The notes under the pieces are model-generated. The model was not told the DNA's origin and made no database searches. It saw nothing but the letters and a program-made list of their open reading frames with translations. Of a stretch of DNA of 64,000 nucleotides, positions 1-10,140 are shown in pieces (position 1 is the stretch's first letter; every line of letters starts with the position of its first letter). The stretch comes from Candidatus Latescibacterota bacterium. Lineage in GTDB: Bacteria; Latescibacterota; UBA2968. The position numbers and the translations under genes are program-made. Location of the stretch: NCBI GenBank assembly GCA_965116885.1, contig OZ220741.1, forward strand, positions 4,608,001-4,672,000. Reading direction: 5' to 3'.

Positions 1-20
1 AACCAAAAACAGGAGGAAAT

Positions 21-788
21 ATGCCAGCAGCACTCGTCACCGGATCCAGCAGAGGCATAGGCAGAGGCATAGCTTTCTGCCTTGCCGACGCGGGCTACGA
101 CATCCTGGTCAACTACGCGGGCAATCTAACCGCAGCAGAAGAAACCGCAACAGGTATTCGAGAACGCGGACAAAACGTCCACATTTGTCAGGGCGACGTA
201 ACCCGCATAGAAGACAGCAAACGCCTCGTAGATACCATACTCGACGCCTTTGGTCGCCTCGACATGCTCGTCAACAACGCCGGCATTGCCCCTCGCGTAC
301 GCGCCGACATCCTCGAAGCTACCCCAGAAAGCTACGAAGACGTCATGAACACCAACCTCAAAGGACCCTACTTCTTAACCCAATACGCGGCAAACCACAT
401 GATCGCACTCAAACAACAGGGAAAAATACAAACACCGCGCATCGTCGTCATCACCTCCATATCGGCCTACACCTCTTCAACGGCACGCGGCGAATACTGC
501 GTCTCAAAAGCTGGCCTGAGCATGATGACGCGCCTATTTGCCGACCGGCTCGCAGAACACGGCATCCCCGTCAATGAAATCCAGCCAGGCATCATCCAGA
601 CCGACATGACAGGACCCGTCAAAGAAAAATACGACCACCTGATAGCCGATGGTCTGACCCCCATCCGCAGGTGGGGACAACCCGAAGACATCGGCAAAGC
701 CGTAGCGGCCATTGGACTCGGCTATTTCGACTTCACAACCGGCGCGGCAATCCCGGTTGACGGCGGATTCCACATGCACCGGCTCTGA
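21..788 (+). CDS. Short-chain dehydrogenase/reductase (3-ketoacyl-ACP reductase-like)
   Basis: TGSSRGIG Rossmann motif, NNAG, YCVSK catalytic motif; AGGAGG RBS. Confidence 0.9.
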   Translation: MPAALVTGSSRGIGRGIAFCLADAGYDILVNYAGNLTAAEETATGIRERGQNVHICQGDVTRIEDSKRLVDTILDAFGRLDMLVNNAGIAPRVRADILEATPESYEDVMNTNLKGPYFLTQYAANHMIALKQQGKIQTPRIVVITSISAYTSSTARGEYCVSKAGLSMMTRLFADRLAEHGIPVNEIQPGIIQTDMTGPVKEKYDHLIADGLTPIRRWGQPEDIGKAVAAIGLGYFDFTTGAAIPVDGGFHMHRL

Positions 789-921
789 TTTAGCAGCCAG
801 TCTATATACCCCAAATGGCCTTTGATTTTTTGGGGTATGTAGTTGACATATTTTGTCTTATATCGTACCTTATAAATAAGCATAAAACATCGTAATTCTA
901 CGCTTTCAAGTGAGGCACCAA

Positions 922-1698
922 ATGCTGAAGCGCTTTTTTAGTAAAAATGCTGAACCAGAGAATGGTACAAGCAAAGAAAGACAAATCCACATCGAAGGGC
1001 AAGACGAGCACGTTCAGGAAGCCATGGACCTCCTCGCACAAGAGGATCAAGATGATCTCGACGAAGCTCTTGACGAAGTTAATGAAACCGTGCGAGAAGC
1101 CGCCAGAGCCTCCCTGCGCGACCTGAGACTCATGCAAGAAGGCCACTGTCCATCCTGTGGTCACAAAACACTGCGGCAATTCCTCTTTACAACTGTGTGT
1201 TCCAGTTGCGGTTGGTTTTCATTTATCTCGCCCGAAGAAGGCCAATCTCACATCCACCTGCAAAGTGGGCGTATCATCGAATGCGGCACCACATTCGACA
1301 CCAAAGGCGACTTTGTACTCGGCATCACAAATGGCGTTGTTCGCGCCAAAGTTCCAAAAGAAAATGTCGAATACATCGAATTTTCCTGGACCGAAGAAGA
1401 AATCCAGCGCAAACGCGAATCCCGCGCAAAAGAGGAAACGGGAATATGTAGCTGGTGCGAAAAAGCGCTCGCAGATGATGGTGATGAAAATATCATTGTC
1501 TATGCGGCCTTCGGCACCACCCAGATGCGCTATGTCTTCTGTTCAAACAAATGCAATGAAGCCTTCCAAAAACAATACCCCATTCGCATTCACAAAAATT
1601 GCTACGAACGCTCCTGCCTCGATTGCGACCTGTGCAACAAACGCTACCTGGGCGAAGACGAGACCTTTCTCAAATTGCTCGAGCAAGGGAAAGTCTGA
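922..1698 (+). CDS. Hypothetical multi-zinc-finger protein
   Basis: CPSC/CSSC, CSWC...FCSNKC (TRASH-like) and CLDCDLC cysteine clusters; alternative GTG start at 910. Confidence 0.7.
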   Translation: MLKRFFSKNAEPENGTSKERQIHIEGQDEHVQEAMDLLAQEDQDDLDEALDEVNETVREAARASLRDLRLMQEGHCPSCGHKTLRQFLFTTVCSSCGWFSFISPEEGQSHIHLQSGRIIECGTTFDTKGDFVLGITNGVVRAKVPKENVEYIEFSWTEEEIQRKRESRAKEETGICSWCEKALADDGDENIIVYAAFGTTQMRYVFCSNKCNEAFQKQYPIRIHKNCYERSCLDCDLCNKRYLGEDETFLKLLEQGKV

Positions 1699-1728
1699 TA
1701 AGGCGGTCACTCATCAACCTAAAAAATC

Positions 1729-1766
1729 AGTCCCCCATCGCAATAATACGCGATGGGGGACTTTTA
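1729..1766. terminator. Intrinsic terminator between convergent genes
   Basis: GC-rich hairpin AGTCCCCATCGC...GCGATGGGGGACT flanked by A- and T-tracts. Confidence 0.65.
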
Positions 1767-1799
1767 TTATGTCCTCAAAACCGCTTTGCATAAAGTCTT

Positions 1800-2402
1800 T
1801 TACTCGAGTTCAAATACACCCCACTTTGAGTCGGCTGAGTCCTTGAGGATTTCCCTGTCCGAAAGCAGGACATGAAATCTGTATCGACTGCCATTAACAG
1901 GCATCTGAGCATAGATCGAATAACAACGCCTACAAGCCGTTATCTTGATCTCTGTGTCGCAGGGGATACAGTCCCAAACCCCCAAAGGTTTTCTTTGACA
2001 TCGCAGGCACTCGATTTGTTCGATTAGATTTTTATTGCGTTCCCGAAATTTTTCCAACTCGCCAGAAACCACCATGGGACCTATATACGATACACCTGCA
2101 GAGTTGCACACCTTGCAGAATGACCTTTCGTCACCATCCATCGTTCGCCTTTCGCCCGAAAAGTCGTCGTACACCAGCAGGCAATGCCCACACGCGAAAA
2201 TGCCCTCTTCGTCTGGCTCGCGGTCCTCAAAACGCCTGAAATACGCCAGAATATCGGACTTATCACTATCGGGCAATTTCTCGAATGGCTGCATTTTGGT
2301 TCCACATTCATGGCAGCAACAGCCAAAGAAACCCTTTGCCCATCGGCCAAAAGTTCCAAGGATTACGATAATGAGAATGGCTAAAATGATAAACGCTTCC
2401 AC
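1800..2402 (-). CDS. Cys-rich hypothetical protein with N-terminal TM helix
   Basis: Hydrophobic N-terminus followed by six CxxC pairs. Confidence 0.6.
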   Translation of the reverse strand: MEAFIILAILIIVILGTFGRWAKGFFGCCCHECGTKMQPFEKLPDSDKSDILAYFRRFEDREPDEEGIFACGHCLLVYDDFSGERRTMDGDERSFCKVCNSAGVSYIGPMVVSGELEKFRERNKNLIEQIECLRCQRKPLGVWDCIPCDTEIKITACRRCYSIYAQMPVNGSRYRFHVLLSDREILKDSADSKWGVFELE

Positions 2403-2459
2403 AGTCGGTTCCTCATGTTAGTAGTTATCACACTTGCAACCACACCTGCTTACCTGTAG

Positions 2460-2870
2460 CTATGAGCTTTGCGATGGGGCACTCAGAATGGCCTCGCGAA
2501 GTTGTTGTTGAAGTTGCCTGTCTAAAAGATAAGTGCTATCATACCCGATGTCTTCGCAAATCAGGAAGATTGCCCTGGCCACTTTTTTGTTGCAGATGTT
2601 CTCATTTATATTTGCTAAATAGGCAGCCCATTTTTCTGAGTCCTGAAGTGCAGCCTGCGCCTTTTCCCAAATATGTGGTATTTCTGCTTTAGCGTTGAAC
2701 CGCCAGCGAATCCTTTTGACAAGTTGCTGAAATTCCCACTGTTCCATAAAAGTCAAGAGTCTGTCATTGCAAAGGGTGAGGATAACGGCTTCGAGACAGG
2801 CCCTCTGTTCCTCTGTGGTTGCGGCACTGATTTTTCCAGAATTGGTAAATTGCATCAAAAAATTGAACAT
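2460..2870 (-). CDS. Hypothetical protein (possibly TerB-like helical fold)
   Basis: 136-aa ORF with GAGGA RBS; fold guess is weak. Confidence 0.5.
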   Translation of the reverse strand: MFNFLMQFTNSGKISAATTEEQRACLEAVILTLCNDRLLTFMEQWEFQQLVKRIRWRFNAKAEIPHIWEKAQAALQDSEKWAAYLANINENICNKKVARAIFLICEDIGYDSTYLLDRQLQQQLREAILSAPSQSS

Positions 2871-2942
2871 CTATCTATTTCCTCTAATCTACGGGTTTTT
2901 AGCTCTATCCATCCCTGTTTTCACAGGGACAGGCCTGCGGAT

Positions 2943-4334
2943 CTATTCAATCAATTCTTTGACATCGTGAACGCGAATATCAACTTCAGGCAAGTGTTTG
3001 TTCAGGATGTCTATGATGTGATCTTTGGGTCCGACAAAGATCATGATCATATTCTCTGGCACAAAAAACTTTTCGAGAAAAGCACGTACCTCAGCATCGG
3101 TAATTGACTTAGAACCACCTTTGCGCCTTGGAGGATTATGGATGGCTCGATATACCTCATTGTCCAGTCTTCGCTGTGGTGTCAACAACTCATGGGCATG
3201 GGCATGAGCATAGACGACATTGCGACTTTCACGCAACTCTTTTATTTCTTCCCAAAAGCGAGGGTTATCGGGAAGCCCTCGGATAAACTTGGACATTTTT
3301 ACAATCAGTTCTTCACTATTATGGAGTTGAGGGTCAGCGTAAATTTCGAGAAATCTGATATATTCTGATGATAAATAATTGATACCTGTACTATAGACCA
3401 ATCCCAACTCATCTCGAAAATATTTGTAGAGCAACCCTCGAGCACCATATCGTCCAAGCGTCATGGATATCATTGGGGGAATATAATTAGGTCCTCTTAT
3501 ACTCCCATAAGGAATCAGCCAGGCACACCCAACATTCTTGCTGTTTAAATCAAAGACAAAAGCTGAAGGACCAAAATGATGATCGATTACTGGAGGTACA
3601 AATGAATGCACAAACCCGCCTACCTGTCCGCCTGTCTGCTGTTGCACAGGCAGGCGTTTTAGCAGGCGGATTTTCCGTTCTTCTATAATTGGGCGAAGCA
3701 GTTTAGCGACCTCAGTGGAATCTCGGTTTGAGATCGTCTTAAAAAACACCACTTCTGTTTTCAGAAGCCGCTCATAATATTGTCTGGCGTCCTTTGCCAA
3801 AAGACCCTTCAACATTTTTAAGGGCTTGTACCTCTTTTTTATTTTTGTCTGTGCAAGTGCAAAACTTCTCATAAAAATATCGGGTCTTCTCCCGAGATGA
3901 TTCTGGTAATCAGCAACCCTCTTTTTTTTTACTTCCTCCAAGTCGGATTCAGAAAAATCGAAATTATATATGACATCGCGGACTATTTCTATAGACTCAG
4001 CGCAATTCTCAGACAGGGTAGAAATGGATATGGTCAGGGATGTTGTGTTGGCGAAGACATATAACTCAGTGCCCAATACCGCCAGTTGATTTATGTGTCC
4101 ATGCTTTTTTGCAAACTCCCTAATGAACTTTGAAACTGTCAGCGCAATCCCAATCTGGGCAGGCTGTTCCTGGTTGCTTCCTGCACCGAGAAAGACAATA
4201 TCAATTTTGGTCAATGGCGCGCGTTTGTCCTGGCGGTAAAAAATTTGATGGTTAGAAATCTCTGCATAAGCGGGTAGAATACTACACAGATAATACAGCA
4301 CAAGACCAAAAATTACACTCTGGAGCCTATTCAT
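2943..4334 (-). CDS. Peptidase M16 family, non-catalytic subunit
   Basis: Signal peptide; LYKYFRDELGLVYS (R/Y pair motif); no HXXEH; overlaps partner gene. Confidence 0.75.
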   Translation of the reverse strand: MNRLQSVIFGLVLYYLCSILPAYAEISNHQIFYRQDKRAPLTKIDIVFLGAGSNQEQPAQIGIALTVSKFIREFAKKHGHINQLAVLGTELYVFANTTSLTISISTLSENCAESIEIVRDVIYNFDFSESDLEEVKKKRVADYQNHLGRRPDIFMRSFALAQTKIKKRYKPLKMLKGLLAKDARQYYERLLKTEVVFFKTISNRDSTEVAKLLRPIIEERKIRLLKRLPVQQQTGGQVGGFVHSFVPPVIDHHFGPSAFVFDLNSKNVGCAWLIPYGSIRGPNYIPPMISMTLGRYGARGLLYKYFRDELGLVYSTGINYLSSEYIRFLEIYADPQLHNSEELIVKMSKFIRGLPDNPRFWEEIKELRESRNVVYAHAHAHELLTPQRRLDNEVYRAIHNPPRRKGGSKSITDAEVRAFLEKFFVPENMIMIFVGPKDHIIDILNKHLPEVDIRVHDVKELIE

Positions 4335-5793
4335 TTGAAGACAGCCTTTCGGGAGAACTATGTCTTCTTATAGCCCATCCCATCAGCGAGACAAAACCTG
4401 CCAAAACCAATACCATAATCCCATAGTATAACGAGGTTCTCTGAGTCGGTTTTTCCTTTGTTGGCACTGTTAGGGAAAGCGTTATCGAATTGTCATTTAT
4501 CAGGTATTGATCTATTAGGCGGGGGATATCGTCTCTGCGGGCAGATTTGAGATCTTTTATCAATTTTGGATATAGCAAAGGATCGTTGGCATGGGCAAAC
4601 GCCCGTCCGAACTGAAGGGCCATACTTGAGCGGTCGTAAAATGCGGAATACATTGACTTTAATTGTAGATTTTGAGCTGAAGTAAATTCATCTTCAGAGA
4701 TACCATGCGCTCTGACCTTCTCCAATTCTGTTTGGATAGCGGTTTCAAGGGCATCTGCTGAATTGTCGGGCGGCAGGTCTGCCAGGCAACTCAGCAGACT
4801 AAATCCTTTATAGTGGTAAAACGATACCCTGAAAACTCTTGCAAGCTTAGAATCAATCACAGAAGATCGTAGGGAATTTGAGGTTTTATTCAAAATTCGA
4901 GCAATAATGAGCAAGGTCGCATAGTCGCGATGGCCTAAATTGGGGGTATGCCAACTCTTCCTGAATTTGGCAATACTGAGACTTTTTGAAGTGTCTTTTA
5001 TTTTTTTTCCGAGTATTTCAGAGTTGGGAAATTGTGGAGAAGGTGATTTGCTCGATAATTCGCCTGCTATTTGCTCATTCCCATAGGCTTCGTCCAGTTT
5101 GGTCAGGACATGATCAACATCCACATCGCCTATCACCAAGATCAATCTCTTTTGGTGGCGCAAAAAATTCTCATAGTACGCTTTTAGATCGACAGATTCG
5201 AGTTGTTTAATAAAATCCTCAGTGCCAATGTATGATGACTGCTTTTTCCCATGGATTAAGCCGAAAAAGCGATTGGAGAATTGTCTGTTTGGGTCTGCTA
5301 AATTGCGACTTCTTTCCGTCATTACAATTTTCTTTTGATTTTCAACGACCTCTTTATTGATCAAGGTATTGGAAAATCTTTTCGAGTCTATCTCAACTGC
5401 GAGGTCAAATTTATCCTTTGGGAATCGCATTCTTAAGTACATATAATGGATAGTTGTAAAAGCATAGTTTTGGCCCCCATTATCGACGATAAGTTGGTTG
5501 AGTTTTCCCGGCTCATAGCTACCTGTATCTGACATGATATGCTCTAAGAAGTGTATTCGTCCTTGTTCACCTTTTTCTTCGTCTGCGAATCCGGCACAGT
5601 AAAAGGTATAATACTCAAATGTCGGGATTGTTCGATCTACAACAATAACAGCATCGAGTCTGGGATTGATGGTGTAGTGCTGCGCGACGAGTTCTTCGGA
5701 TAATGCGCCCGTTCCAATAAGCTCATAAGAGTGGCAAGTTTCCGTCAGCAAGACGCATACAAGGAATGAGATGAGTGCATGAGTTTTTATCAT
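4327..5793 (-). CDS. Peptidase M16 family, catalytic subunit with C-terminal TM anchor
   Basis: HFLEH inverted zinc motif, NYAFT; signal peptide; C-terminal hydrophobic helix. Confidence 0.8.
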   Translation of the reverse strand: MIKTHALISFLVCVLLTETCHSYELIGTGALSEELVAQHYTINPRLDAVIVVDRTIPTFEYYTFYCAGFADEEKGEQGRIHFLEHIMSDTGSYEPGKLNQLIVDNGGQNYAFTTIHYMYLRMRFPKDKFDLAVEIDSKRFSNTLINKEVVENQKKIVMTERSRNLADPNRQFSNRFFGLIHGKKQSSYIGTEDFIKQLESVDLKAYYENFLRHQKRLILVIGDVDVDHVLTKLDEAYGNEQIAGELSSKSPSPQFPNSEILGKKIKDTSKSLSIAKFRKSWHTPNLGHRDYATLLIIARILNKTSNSLRSSVIDSKLARVFRVSFYHYKGFSLLSCLADLPPDNSADALETAIQTELEKVRAHGISEDEFTSAQNLQLKSMYSAFYDRSSMALQFGRAFAHANDPLLYPKLIKDLKSARRDDIPRLIDQYLINDNSITLSLTVPTKEKPTQRTSLYYGIMVLVLAGFVSLMGWAIRRHSSPERLSSNE

Positions 5794-6205
5794 GTCTGAT
5801 ACTCAGCAAAGTTAGAAGTAGCTGCTTCGTCTATATGTCTGGATACATTCTTATACTACACAGTATAAAATCTGAAGGTTCTTCCAGCAAGCCTGAAAGA
5901 ACCTCCTCTGAAAATTCAATGGATACAAAGCATTAGGGGTCATACACCTCTGTATCTTCTTCCTCGTCATCATCTCCACAATCATAAGGGACGGTGCATT
6001 CATCTTCCGTGTCGTCATCTAAAAAGTCAAAATCTCCGCGTATTTGTGATTTCCACCGCGTATTTCTGTTTTTTTATCGTTTTTGAGATTGAGCATAAAA
6101 AAAACTGTAAATGGGTTTTTCCATTCACAGTTCGCAAAAATATGGGGCGGGCACGGGGCACCGCCCTTACGCATGCCTGCGCTACATCTATCTATATCTC
6201 GCCTT

Positions 6206-8185
6206 TCATCTGCGTCTATCTGCGTCCATCTGCGGATGCCCTTGTAATTGCTTCTTCCCCTTTTCAACCTCTTCCACCGCCGACACAATCCCCTCAATAA
6301 ATTCATCTGCAATATCGTCTTTCTGCTTTTGCTGCTGTTCGTAGAGCAAGCGATAGACCTCGCTCTCTTCTATCAAATCGTCGTGGCCTCCCCAGCCCGC
6401 CATACGACCGTTGTCCAGCACCAGAATGCGATCCGCCCGCATCGCCGTAGAAATCCTGTGCGTAATCACAAACGTCGTGCGCCCCTCCATCAAATGATCC
6501 AGCGTCTCTTGAATCTTCGCCTCTGTCTTTGCATCCAGCGCAGAAGTCGTATCGTCCAAAATCAGAATACTGGGATCGGTGACAACAGCCATCGCAAAAG
6601 CCAGACGCTGTTTTTGCCCGCCCGATAAATTGGTACCGCGCTCCTCAACCGGCGCTTCGTATTTCTCTGGCAGCGTCATAATAAAATCGTGCAACTCAGC
6701 CGCCTGGGCCGCAGCCATTATCTGCTCGGGCGTGGTACTGGCCTGACCGTAGCGAATATTATCGGCAATCGTCCCGGAAAACAGAACGGGTTCCTGGGGC
6801 ACCATGCTAATATGCTGTCGCAATGAAGAAATTTTGACATCTTGTATATCGTAATCGTCCAGAATAATTTTCCCCTCTGTGGGTTCATAAAGACGCATCA
6901 ACAAACTCACCAGCGTACTCTTACCCGACCCCGAAGGCCCAACCACAGCCACCGAAGTACCCGGTCGCACGACAAACTTGAGATCTCGCAAAACGTAATC
7001 ACCCGCCTCTGTATAGCGAAACGACACATCGCGAAACGACACGCGCCCGCGCACTTTGTCGAGGGTCTTCGCATCTTCCCTATCCCGAATAATCACCTCT
7101 TCATCCAGCACCTCAAACACGCGACTGATCACCACCAGCATCTGTTGCAACGTAGCATTCACATTGGCAAGAGCAACCAGTGGCGAAAAAAGATTCCCCA
7201 TCGACATACTAAAATAAACCAATTCTCCAACCGTCATCATACCGCCGCGAACCTGCAACGCGCCAAAATAAAAGATCAGGCCCATTGCAATCCCCCCCAC
7301 AACCGAACAGACTGCCCCCAGGCCAGAACTCAAAACAGACTGTTTGACGCCCAAACGGTACAACCCGATCAGACGCCTGAAAAAGTCCCGAAACTCCCGT
7401 CTTTCTCGTGCATAAGACAGGATGAGACGAATCCCCTTTGAGCGTTCTTCCAACAGCGCAGAAACCTCGGCATAATCCTCTCGAAACCGCATAAAAACAT
7501 TTGCTATCGGACGCTGGAACACCTTATAGGTCACGACGTACGCGGGCAATGCAACAAAAGCCATCAGCGCGAGCTCGACATCAATCGTAAACAGAATCGC
7601 CGTACCCATCAAAATGCGCGCAACATGCCGCAGCGTCTCTACAAATGTCGTCGTAATTTCGCTCTGCAACAAACCCACATCATCCACAATCCGCGACATA
7701 ATCCGCCCGGTTTGCTGCCGATCAAAAAATGTCATCTGCAACTGCTGTACCTTCTCGTGCAGAGCCAGGCGAATCCGGAAAACAATCCGCTGTCCCACAT
7801 AGGCGATGCTATACGTATAAAACCAGTTGAGCGTGGCAAAAAACGATCTCACGACCAGATAGAGAATGAAAATCCACCCCAACCATTCCAATTTTTCCGT
7901 ACGCGTCTTGGGCAGCATGATGCCACCTTCTTTGCCCAGCCCCGGAATCGTTGCCTGTGGGTCGCGCTTTGGGCGACTCTCCTCCTGAATCAAAGACTGC
8001 ATATGTGCCTCTGAAACGACTTCGCCTGCAGGCTTGAGTTGCAAGACTTCGTCAACTGTAATTTTTGAAATAAACCCGAGCAAAAACGTATAGGACGACG
8101 TAATAGTGGCCATCATAATGACCATCAACATACGCCCCCAATACGGCTTAATATATAAAAGGATAAATCGCTTTAAGTTTTCCAT
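6206..8185 (-). CDS. ABC exporter half-transporter (TMD+NBD)
   Basis: GPSGSGKS, LSGGQ, non-canonical Walker B ILDDTT. Confidence 0.92.
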   Translation of the reverse strand: MENLKRFILLYIKPYWGRMLMVIMMATITSSYTFLLGFISKITVDEVLQLKPAGEVVSEAHMQSLIQEESRPKRDPQATIPGLGKEGGIMLPKTRTEKLEWLGWIFILYLVVRSFFATLNWFYTYSIAYVGQRIVFRIRLALHEKVQQLQMTFFDRQQTGRIMSRIVDDVGLLQSEITTTFVETLRHVARILMGTAILFTIDVELALMAFVALPAYVVTYKVFQRPIANVFMRFREDYAEVSALLEERSKGIRLILSYARERREFRDFFRRLIGLYRLGVKQSVLSSGLGAVCSVVGGIAMGLIFYFGALQVRGGMMTVGELVYFSMSMGNLFSPLVALANVNATLQQMLVVISRVFEVLDEEVIIRDREDAKTLDKVRGRVSFRDVSFRYTEAGDYVLRDLKFVVRPGTSVAVVGPSGSGKSTLVSLLMRLYEPTEGKIILDDYDIQDVKISSLRQHISMVPQEPVLFSGTIADNIRYGQASTTPEQIMAAAQAAELHDFIMTLPEKYEAPVEERGTNLSGGQKQRLAFAMAVVTDPSILILDDTTSALDAKTEAKIQETLDHLMEGRTTFVITHRISTAMRADRILVLDNGRMAGWGGHDDLIEESEVYRLLYEQQQKQKDDIADEFIEGIVSAVEEVEKGKKQLQGHPQMDADRRR

Positions 8186-8189
8186 AACC

Positions 8190-9965
8190 TCAACTCGCCA
8201 TAGCCTCTACAGCCTCTTCAATAGAACCCGCAGCCTGCTGTTCGTAAAGCTGGCGATACCTTCCATCGGGTATTTGCAACAATTCGCTGTGCGTCCCCTG
8301 TTCAATAATCTCGCCGTGATCCATCACAACAATAATATCTGCATTGACAATCGTCGATAATCGGTGTGCAATCGCAAAGGATGTGCGCCCCTTTAACACC
8401 CTGGTCATCGCCTTTTGTATCAGAGCTTCCGATAAAGAATCGAGCGAAGAGGTCGCCTCGTCGAGAATCAAAACCGCCGGATCGGTCAGCACGGCTCTTG
8501 CAATGGCAAGGCGCTGCTTTTCTCCCACAGACAGTTTAATGCCATCTTTTCCCAACATCGAATCATAACCCTCGGGTGTACGCATAATAAACTCGTGAAT
8601 CTCGGCAATGCGCGCCGCCTCGATCAACTCGGCATCTGTGGCATCTGCGCGACCATATAGTAAATTCTCCCGAATCGTACCATCAAACATCACCGAATCT
8701 TGCAACACCTGGCCGATCTGTGTACGCAGGGTTCGCAACTTCACATCTCTCAAATCGTGGCCATCAATTGTAATACACCCTTCCTTCACATCGTAAAAGC
8801 GCATCAACAAACTCGTCAACGTCGTCTTGCCGCATCCCGTATGCCCCACCAGCGCCACCATCTGCCCTGGCTGCACCTCGAGGTTGATACCCTTCAAAAC
8901 AGGCTCATCCTCTTTGTACTCAAAATGCACATCTTCAAATTTAATATGTCCTTTTATCGGCGGCAATTCGACGGCATCTTCCTTGTCCGCAATCTCTATT
9001 GGAAAATCTAAAATTTCCAACACGCGATCCACAGACACCATCACGGCTTGAAGACGCATGGCAATTTGCGTGAGATTGAGAACTGGCTGAAACATCCGGC
9101 TCGAATAAGAAAAAAAGGCCATCACAGCCCCATAAGTCATTTCACCCTCAATCACGTAATAACAGCCCAAACAAAAAATCACCGTATTGCGAAGTCCCGA
9201 CACGCCCCAGGAGCCAGCCATATAGCCAGCGCGATTTGTGGCAGTCTGCATCGCCGCATCCAAACTCTGGTGCGTATCTTCCGCAAATGCGCGGTGTTCT
9301 CTGCGCTCTCGGCCATAAGATTTTACCAGTTGCACCCCGGATAACCGCTCTTGTAGTCCAACCGACACCTGATCCATTTTTCTACGCCAGAGACTGAACG
9401 ACTCTCTCATTGGCGTGCGCCACCCGTAATAATTAAAAAAATACAGGGGCATCAGCAAAAGCAGCAGACACGCCATCTTCCAATTCAAACCCATGCACAG
9501 CGCAAGCGCCACCCAGAACGACACAAAATCGACAAGAATGCCCAGCATACGCGATGTCACCATACTGCGCACACTCGCAATATCAGACATAATGCGCGAC
9601 ATAATTTTGCCCGTACCCATCTCGTCGTAAAAGCGCATGGGCAATTTCAACATGTATTCATACGTGAACCTCCGCATACTCGTCGTTATCCCCCACCCCA
9701 CATAAGCATTGGTAAATGAGACCCAAACGCGCATCGCAGCGGACATGATAGGCAGACAAATCGAAATAAACAGAAGCACTTCCAGCAACTGCCAGTTGCC
9801 CAGGGTAATGACATCATCGATGATAAACTTCATCACCAGAGGAGGCAACATGCTCAGTGCCGTCATTGTCGCCGTCAGGCACACCAGCAAGATCAGGCGC
9901 GATTTAAAAGGCGTGACAAAATGCGCGAGCTTGCGCAACTTGTCGGTATTGCTCTCATCTGCCAT
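8190..9965 (-). CDS. ABC exporter half-transporter (TMD+NBD), heterodimer partner
   Basis: GHTGCGKT, degenerate signature LSVGE, ILDEAT; the pair gives one consensus and one degenerate ATP site. Confidence 0.92.
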   Translation of the reverse strand: MADESNTDKLRKLAHFVTPFKSRLILLVCLTATMTALSMLPPLVMKFIIDDVITLGNWQLLEVLLFISICLPIMSAAMRVWVSFTNAYVGWGITTSMRRFTYEYMLKLPMRFYDEMGTGKIMSRIMSDIASVRSMVTSRMLGILVDFVSFWVALALCMGLNWKMACLLLLLMPLYFFNYYGWRTPMRESFSLWRRKMDQVSVGLQERLSGVQLVKSYGRERREHRAFAEDTHQSLDAAMQTATNRAGYMAGSWGVSGLRNTVIFCLGCYYVIEGEMTYGAVMAFFSYSSRMFQPVLNLTQIAMRLQAVMVSVDRVLEILDFPIEIADKEDAVELPPIKGHIKFEDVHFEYKEDEPVLKGINLEVQPGQMVALVGHTGCGKTTLTSLLMRFYDVKEGCITIDGHDLRDVKLRTLRTQIGQVLQDSVMFDGTIRENLLYGRADATDAELIEAARIAEIHEFIMRTPEGYDSMLGKDGIKLSVGEKQRLAIARAVLTDPAVLILDEATSSLDSLSEALIQKAMTRVLKGRTSFAIAHRLSTIVNADIIVVMDHGEIIEQGTHSELLQIPDGRYRQLYEQQAAGSIEEAVEAMAS

Positions 9966-10140
9966 ATCGATCTCATCTCAAAAATAAGTTGCAGATTTTG
10001 GGATCTCGACACTTCTTTATTTTTTCATCTTTGGGCAAACATAAATAATATTTAAGAACAGATATAAAAATATAAAGATACCTTTTAATTTAATCAAGCC
10101 CATCTCATCCGATGACGCATCTTCTACCACTGGTTGAGCT

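Noticed and set aside
5932..6070. Acidic reading frame on the minus strand (DDDTEDECTVPYDCGDDDEEED)
   Set aside because: No in-frame start after the upstream stop; at most a remnant
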